Source: Fibrobacterales bacterium
GTDB lineage: Bacteria > Fibrobacterota > Fibrobacteria > Fibrobacterales > JAOPTW01
Reading direction: 5' to 3'
DNA length: 21,125 nucleotides
Assembly: GCA_051532035.1 (NCBI GenBank)
Contig: JAOPTW010000001.1
Location: forward strand, 1-21,125
In this document: piece after piece, positions 15,116-21,125 of the stretch
Position numbering within the stretch: position 1 is the first letter of the stretch
How the letters are laid out: every line of letters begins with the position of its first letter
Position numbers and translations under genes: made by a program
The notes under the pieces: generated by a model
Databases searched by the model: none
Seen by the model: only the letters and a program-made list of their open reading frames with translations
What the model was told of the DNA's origin: nothing

Positions 15116-17368
15116 ATGATGAAAAATATTTTAATACAATCGTTAGTGTTAGTATCGTTATTTGTAGCCTCATCTTTTGCCATCGGGCCTGTATATAGTC
15201 CGCACAAATATCAGCAAAATGACTGGTTTGGCGAATTTGGTGAAACTAATGCAATGTATGTTAACCCGGCAAGTATTGCTGAAAATGATCAACTCGAAAT
15301 ATCATTTGCAATGTTTAGAACCATTAGTTTTGAAGCGGGTCAAGAGTATCTTGGTATGGCTTTTCCTCTTGATTATAAACACTCAATGGGTGTTGGAATT
15401 TGGGATAATGGCGCATGTGTCGATGATGGAAGTCAGTGTTATGGCGAACGTTCATTAATGATTGGGTACGCCTATCGTTTAATGCACTCTTTTTCAGTAG
15501 GTGCAAACCTTGCACTACTTCAAATAAATCAGTTTAATGTTCGTAAGGAGATAACAGCAGGATTAGATATTGGTCTGAGTTGGAATCCTATAAATAACTC
15601 TAAACTAGGTTTTTTACAGGTAGGTGTAGCGTTGCAAAATGCTTTTCAACCGGCAGTATCTACTGAAAGTGGTGACAGTGACTATAAATTTTTCTTTCCA
15701 GATCGTTACTTTGGTATTGGCGGGAATACTGAGAAAGCCTACTATATTCCATCAAATATTAATACATCATTTTTCTATCGCGGATTTAACCGCCGGTTAG
15801 AAGCTAAAATGGAACTCTCTTTTATTGACGCCTTTTTTATGGAAGATGAGGGGCAGAAAAGTGAAATCAACGAAAGATTAGAAACAAGTTTTACGGCAAC
15901 GTATTATTTGTCAAATCATATTGGTGCACGGTTACGTTTTACGAAAGAAGGGTACCCAGTCATAGGTGGTACTGTTAATGTAAAAGATGTAAACTTTGCA
16001 AAGTACATTGAACTCGACCTTGAAGTCTCGCATGATGATATTATTGATAGTAAAAATCGTGGATTCTTAATGAATGTTAAGGTAAGTGGTCGTTTTGGTC
16101 CTACTCGTGAAGAGTATATTGGTGAAGATCGATATCGCAGACTTAAAATCGAACCAGAGCAAGACTATCGTCGTGCGATGCGGCTGTATCTTGAAAGAAA
16201 GTTTCTTGAAGCTGCATACGCATTTGGTAAAGTGGTTACCAAATATCCAGCCTTTCACCTTGTTGACCAAGCAGCCTTTTACAAAGGAAAGTCTTTTGAA
16301 AATATGCGTATGCACAAAGCAGCACGTGCAACGTACGAAGAGGCAATTAAAACATATCCAGCATCAGATCAGATTCCGAAGTACACCTATCAGCTCATGA
16401 ATATTGATTACAAAGAGGGTAAATATTCACGTGCACTAATAGGGTATCAAAAAATCACTCAAAAATTTGCAGAAACAGATATTAAAGCGGATGCGGACTA
16501 TATTGCTGGGCAAATCAAATTTCTTCAAGCCCAGTACGACGAGTCAATATCATTGTTATCACCTATCATTCCTGGGAACACCAACTACTTTTATGCACGG
16601 TATACCATGGGTATCAGTTTTTCTCGCAAAGGTCTTTGGGAAGAAGCGGCAGGCTGTTTTCAGGACATTGTAAATAGTGAGCCAGATAATCAGTCAGAAA
16701 GAGACATTCAAGACGCAGCGAAAGTGAAACTCGGACATATTCACCACGATGCAGACCCTCCACGTATGGCGGAAGCATTTGCATTGTACAAGCAGATAGA
16801 AAGAAATTCTCATGTATACGATGAAGCTATTCTTGCTATTTCTTGGGCTGCAATGAAAATAGGTAAATATGACAATGGTCTTACGGGTGCAGAGTTTATT
16901 ATTAATCAAATGCAAGATTCATATCTTGTTTCTGAATCATATCTACTTAAAGGCTATTATCACTTTATTAAGAAACAGTGGGATGAAGCACGCAAAGCTC
17001 TAGAAGAGTGTGTAAATCGTTCTAAAAAGCCTCTGGTATCTGACCAAGAAAGAAATGAAGCTACACGTAAGTACAGTGAGATGATAGGTGAATTTGAAGA
17101 TGTACAAATTAAAGCAGTAGATCTTGCGCGTCAATTACCTACACCTCGTGTAAAACAGAAAAGAGCAAAGCTTCGTCCTGAGTTTGATAAAGCTAACGAA
17201 CAAATTGATAAACACTTTCAGTTCTTACAGTTAGTTGAACAGAGTAATCGTTTTGATACAAATAGAAAAAGAGTACTTGATGATGCGGAGTATACTCTTG
17301 CACTTGTGATGTCTCGTTTAGGTTCAACAGGTGAAAGTTTTGGTGATGAACTAGAGGAGCTCGATTAA
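15116..17368 (+). CDS. Predicted outer-membrane beta-barrel (FadL/PorV/PorP-like N-terminus) fused to a C-terminal TPR domain
   Basis: Signal ending SFA. AMYVNPASIA motif. Amphipathic strands with aromatic ends up to about residue 327 (IGYAYRL, GLDIGLSWNP, VKVSGRF). Helical TPR repeats from about residue 348 (A...F..V...YP, AAFYKG). Confidence 0.8.
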   Translation: MMKNILIQSLVLVSLFVASSFAIGPVYSPHKYQQNDWFGEFGETNAMYVNPASIAENDQLEISFAMFRTISFEAGQEYLGMAFPLDYKHSMGVGIWDNGACVDDGSQCYGERSLMIGYAYRLMHSFSVGANLALLQINQFNVRKEITAGLDIGLSWNPINNSKLGFLQVGVALQNAFQPAVSTESGDSDYKFFFPDRYFGIGGNTEKAYYIPSNINTSFFYRGFNRRLEAKMELSFIDAFFMEDEGQKSEINERLETSFTATYYLSNHIGARLRFTKEGYPVIGGTVNVKDVNFAKYIELDLEVSHDDIIDSKNRGFLMNVKVSGRFGPTREEYIGEDRYRRLKIEPEQDYRRAMRLYLERKFLEAAYAFGKVVTKYPAFHLVDQAAFYKGKSFENMRMHKAARATYEEAIKTYPASDQIPKYTYQLMNIDYKEGKYSRALIGYQKITQKFAETDIKADADYIAGQIKFLQAQYDESISLLSPIIPGNTNYFYARYTMGISFSRKGLWEEAAGCFQDIVNSEPDNQSERDIQDAAKVKLGHIHHDADPPRMAEAFALYKQIERNSHVYDEAILAISWAAMKIGKYDNGLTGAEFIINQMQDSYLVSESYLLKGYYHFIKKQWDEARKALEECVNRSKKPLVSDQERNEATRKYSEMIGEFEDVQIKAVDLARQLPTPRVKQKRAKLRPEFDKANEQIDKHFQFLQLVEQSNRFDTNRKRVLDDAEYTLALVMSRLGSTGESFGDELEELD

Positions 17369-17403
17369 GTTTGGGCTCTTCTCTAAATAATAGAGAGAGA
17401 ATA

Positions 17404-20400
17404 ATGAATAAAACAGTAACCCTTATCATTTTAATGATTTTTATTGCCTTTTCTCAATCGCATTCTGCTTCTGTATGTGATAAAAATAAGAAACAAGCAA
17501 AAAAGATTTTCCGTCAGTGTAAGTCAATGAAAAAAGGTACTGTAAAGTACAACACCTGTAAGAAGAAATACAATAAGCTGAGGAGTAAGATTAAGCTTGG
17601 GTGTACTGAAGGTGGTCAAGACCTTAACTCTGTTATTAAAAAATGGGCGGGTTACGTAAAAAAGTGTAAAGCAAAAAAGAATTCTAAGTGTGCAAATGCA
17701 CTGAAAGAGCTTGCAAAGTATACTTACAGAAAAGAAGAAGCTGATTTTCTGGGCAAAAATGCAAAGTATGAGCAAGCAATGGAACGCTGGGAAAATAGAG
17801 ATGGTCGTGGTAAAGAACCTAGACAACCTAAAACTAATCACAAGAAGTCTTTAGGACTCTTTTTGAAGTTTATTAGGCAATACCCTAAACATCGTCATAT
17901 ACCCAATGTATTAATGCAATCTTCATTAATATATATGACAATTGGAAAAGAAGAGAGAGCATACAAACTGTGGAGTAAGCTCGTAAAGGCCTACCCGAAT
18001 CATACTCTGGCGCCTCAAGCATGGCTTCGTGTTGGTGAGTATTGGTTCAATCAAAGAAAACACCGTAAAGCAATTACTGCCTATCTTAAAGTTACAGGTT
18101 TTGGTAAACTATCAGGTAAAGAGGCAGCCTTTGCACTGTATCACTTAGCTGAGTCATATAACAATATTGGTGAATATGAAAAGTCAGCTGGAACCTTTTT
18201 CAAATACATAACTGGTGCTGATAAGGGTAAATATCCTGACGATTTGAGAGAAGAGTCGTTAGTCTTTATGGCTGGGGCATTTGCAGATTTAGATGATGGA
18301 ATATATACTGCTGAAAAATTTATGGCAAATAAAAGAGTGACATTTAAAGATACACTCTATTATGAAATTGGTATGAAAAATAGGGCACGAGACCGTCTGG
18401 ACGAAGCGCTTAAATCCTTTAAACGCCTTCTTGAGATCTCACCTAACTATGTTGATGCTCCTAAAGCGCATATCGCTATGGTATCAATTTATGAAGATAA
18501 AAAACGCTACGATGAAGCACAACAATCTCGCTTTACATTAGTTAAGAATTTTGATAGAGGGTCTTCTTGGCATACAGCTAATCGTTCAAATACAGACGTT
18601 GTAAAAATAGCTGATAATGCTATTCAACAAGCGTATTTTGATATGCCAGCACATCACCATAGAGCAGGGGAACGTGGTAAGAAGCGTGGAGAACCAGCAG
18701 TTGCGCGTGGTGAGTTTAATAAAGCTATTCGCTACTATGTGAATTATTTAAAAAAATATTCAGATCCTCATTGGAATCATTTGTTAGTTCACACTTATTT
18801 ATCTGCGCTGTTTATGGAGTTGAAGGATAATGATAAAGCTGCTGCAGAATTTAATTGGATTGCAGAAGTTAGTGAGAAATCATTTGGAAGAAAACCAAAA
18901 GATTTTCCAAAAAATCTTCTTACCAAATCTCAAGCAGCCTATAACGCAGTGGTCTCTTTGGATGAAAATCGAAAACAAGAACTTGAAAAACTTGGTGGAA
19001 ATAAGCAGCGTGCCTATACCGCTTCATCTACCAAGAAATATCTTGATCAAGTTAAAAAATTCATGAAAAAGTATAGCAAGAGTAAAGAAGCTCCAAATAT
19101 TGCCTATAACGTTGCATTGGTGCATTACGAAGCTGAAAATTTTGTTAAATCGGTATCAGTATTAGAACAATTGAAAAAAGATTTTCCAAAGCATAAACAT
19201 ACCCTTCTTATTAAGGGTAACCTTGCAAAGTCGTATACACAAGCTGGTAAACTCACTAAAGCTCGAAAAGAATATGAATCACTCTTAAAAGTGTATAACA
19301 AGAAAAGAAATAAAAAGATGGTTGATGATATTAACCGTTCTATTGCCGCAGTAATGTTCCAAGATGCTGAGAAAAAGGCGGCTTCAGGTAGTTATAAAAA
19401 AGCAGCGAAACTTTATTTGGCTATGCAAAAAAGGTTCCCAACCTTTGAGCATTCTGACAAAGCTATTTTTGAAGCGGGCGCAGCGTATGAAAATGCCAAA
19501 GATTATAAAAAAGCAGCAGCGACATTTCTTAAAATGCCAAAATTCTATGCTAAATCTGAGCTTGTAGTTAAGTCAATTCTTCGTTCAGCTGGTGCATATA
19601 AAAAAGCTAAGGATTATAAAACTGCGGCTAACGTATTCTTGATTGTCCCACGAAACTTTAAAGACGATAAAATGGCCTTCAAATCCATTGGGTTTGCTGC
19701 AAATATGTATGAAATGGCAAAATCGAATAAAAAAGCTGCCGAAACATATGAACTAGCTGTTGAAATGTATCCTAAACACCCTGAAACACCGAGTTACTTA
19801 TATAATGCCTGTCGTACGTATGAAGACGAAAAGTTGACTGATGAAGCAATTAGATGTAATGGCGATATCGTTTCAAAGTATAAAGAAAGTCAGTATGCAT
19901 TAGATGCAGCATTCTCGATACCTATTGCCTACGAAAAAGCTAAGAAATGGAAAATGGCTGCCGAAGCTTTTATCTATTATTCAAAAAACTTCAAACAAGA
20001 TAAGCCTAAACTGATAGCATCATACGACCGAGCTGCGAAAGCGTATATGAAACTTAAAGATGAAAAGAGTGCTTCTGTTCAGTATGCTAAAGTTCTTAAA
20101 TCGTACGAAAAGTTTGGTTTAAAGGTTAAGGCTGACCCGTCTGTTCCTGCCGAAGCTTCATTCATGCTCGGTACCTTTGCCAAGGCAACTATGGACCCTA
20201 TAGTTGTTAAGGGGAGTAAGAAAAAGAAAGGGAAACAAATCAAAAAGCTGACGGATATTTTAGGTACTGCAATGAGTCATTTTGCAAACTCTGCTTCTTT
20301 TAGTTCTGAAAAATGGACCTTTAAAGCGACTAATGAAATGGGTAATCTCTTTGTTAAACTCTCTCAAAAAATTAGAGAACAAGAGATTAAGTCGAAAAAA

Positions 20401-21090
20401 CGTGGTACTGGAAAACTTGAAGACGAGTTCATTATGCGTCTCGAAGTGGTACAGAGTCTTCCGTCGTTTTATGAAGAGGCTCGAAAGCTCTTTGAGAAAA
20501 ATATCCAAATTGCTCGTGAACAAGGTTTTTATAACCGCGAAGTTATCCAAGCCGAAGAAGGCTACATGCAGATGTGGTTCCAAACAGGAAGTAACTTTGA
20601 TCTTGTTGCATCAGCTTTTAGAAAAGCACCAGTTCCTGGCTTTAAGGATCTCCCACCTGAAGATGCTAAGTTTGCCCGTGAAGATTACGTGGCCGCTCTT
20701 GAAGAGAAAGCTCAGACTGCAGAAGATGGTGGCGTACCACACTATGCAAATGGTTTGAAGGCATCGGCGCACTACCAGGTTAATAACCAATGGACTTCTA
20801 AGATTAAGAATCGAGTACAAGAGATTAATCCTGATCATGAAACATTAGCTCTAATAATTGAAAAATTTGATCCATCGACTCTGTTTAAAGATCCTGAATA
20901 CTTTAAACAAAAGGCTCGGATTGAACAACTTCAGAAAACAAGTATACAGATCGTCTCTGTTGGTGAGAAAAAACAAATTTTTCAGGATATTATCGAGAAA
21001 GCTATGGCTTCACAGAAAGACCTCAGGAAAAAAGTTGCTGATCTGAAAGCGAAGCTCGCTCCACAGCCAAAAGCAGTGCCTGCACAATAG
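17404..21090 (+). CDS. Large secreted Lys-rich tetratricopeptide repeat protein (GltD/AgmU-like), 1228 aa
   Basis: Start re-called at ATG 17404 (MNKTVTLIILMIFIAFSQSHSA signal). Many TPR units of the type A...Y..L...YP....A..A. Segments DLREESL, RF.LV..F..GSSWH..N and Y..ALEEKA...E..NQWT recall myxobacterial GltD. Confidence 0.8.
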   Translation: MNKTVTLIILMIFIAFSQSHSASVCDKNKKQAKKIFRQCKSMKKGTVKYNTCKKKYNKLRSKIKLGCTEGGQDLNSVIKKWAGYVKKCKAKKNSKCANALKELAKYTYRKEEADFLGKNAKYEQAMERWENRDGRGKEPRQPKTNHKKSLGLFLKFIRQYPKHRHIPNVLMQSSLIYMTIGKEERAYKLWSKLVKAYPNHTLAPQAWLRVGEYWFNQRKHRKAITAYLKVTGFGKLSGKEAAFALYHLAESYNNIGEYEKSAGTFFKYITGADKGKYPDDLREESLVFMAGAFADLDDGIYTAEKFMANKRVTFKDTLYYEIGMKNRARDRLDEALKSFKRLLEISPNYVDAPKAHIAMVSIYEDKKRYDEAQQSRFTLVKNFDRGSSWHTANRSNTDVVKIADNAIQQAYFDMPAHHHRAGERGKKRGEPAVARGEFNKAIRYYVNYLKKYSDPHWNHLLVHTYLSALFMELKDNDKAAAEFNWIAEVSEKSFGRKPKDFPKNLLTKSQAAYNAVVSLDENRKQELEKLGGNKQRAYTASSTKKYLDQVKKFMKKYSKSKEAPNIAYNVALVHYEAENFVKSVSVLEQLKKDFPKHKHTLLIKGNLAKSYTQAGKLTKARKEYESLLKVYNKKRNKKMVDDINRSIAAVMFQDAEKKAASGSYKKAAKLYLAMQKRFPTFEHSDKAIFEAGAAYENAKDYKKAAATFLKMPKFYAKSELVVKSILRSAGAYKKAKDYKTAANVFLIVPRNFKDDKMAFKSIGFAANMYEMAKSNKKAAETYELAVEMYPKHPETPSYLYNACRTYEDEKLTDEAIRCNGDIVSKYKESQYALDAAFSIPIAYEKAKKWKMAAEAFIYYSKNFKQDKPKLIASYDRAAKAYMKLKDEKSASVQYAKVLKSYEKFGLKVKADPSVPAEASFMLGTFAKATMDPIVVKGSKKKKGKQIKKLTDILGTAMSHFANSASFSSEKWTFKATNEMGNLFVKLSQKIREQEIKSKKRGTGKLEDEFIMRLEVVQSLPSFYEEARKLFEKNIQIAREQGFYNREVIQAEEGYMQMWFQTGSNFDLVASAFRKAPVPGFKDLPPEDAKFAREDYVAALEEKAQTAEDGGVPHYANGLKASAHYQVNNQWTSKIKNRVQEINPDHETLALIIEKFDPSTLFKDPEYFKQKARIEQLQKTSIQIVSVGEKKQIFQDIIEKAMASQKDLRKKVADLKAKLAPQPKAVPAQ

Positions 21091-21125
21091 TATTTTAAAG
21101 CCTTAAAACAAAAGAGCGGCTATTT

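Noticed and set aside
15116..16099. Calling the barrel a type IX secretion component (PorV/PorP)
   Set aside because: Only a generic NPA motif and strand pattern support it, no other T9SS genes are present, and the TPR fusion is atypical.
2119..20838. Numerous short overlapping or antisense ORFs in the ORF track (e.g. 2169-2534, 3131-3502, 14478-14774, 20282-20758)
   Set aside because: They lie within well-supported genes in other frames and show no recognisable motifs.

Overview
AT-rich bacterial chromosomal window, most likely from a Fibrobacterota (Fibrobacterales-like) genome. This is inferred from the TpiA variant and the OmpA/TPR/TPR locus. Left to right: the 3' end of pgk; a Crp/Fnr regulator and a lipoprotein; a minus-strand nfnAB-type electron-bifurcating transhydrogenase; tpiA-secG-tRNA-Leu(GAG); a CsgG/HfaB-domain protein; psd plus two hypothetical genes; a 55-aa Hc1 (histone H1-like) gene missed by the ORF track; a minus-strand oppABC without ATPases; and a divergent three-gene envelope operon. 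That operon is the most interesting element. It encodes a beta-helix/TSP3/OmpA protein, a predicted outer-membrane beta-barrel fused to a GltC-like TPR domain, and a 1228-aa Lys-rich GltD/AgmU-like TPR protein. Together they resemble a rearranged Agl-Glt-type trans-envelope machine. I saw no CRISPR array, integrase or transposase. Family assignments come from motif recognition by eye, not from database searches.
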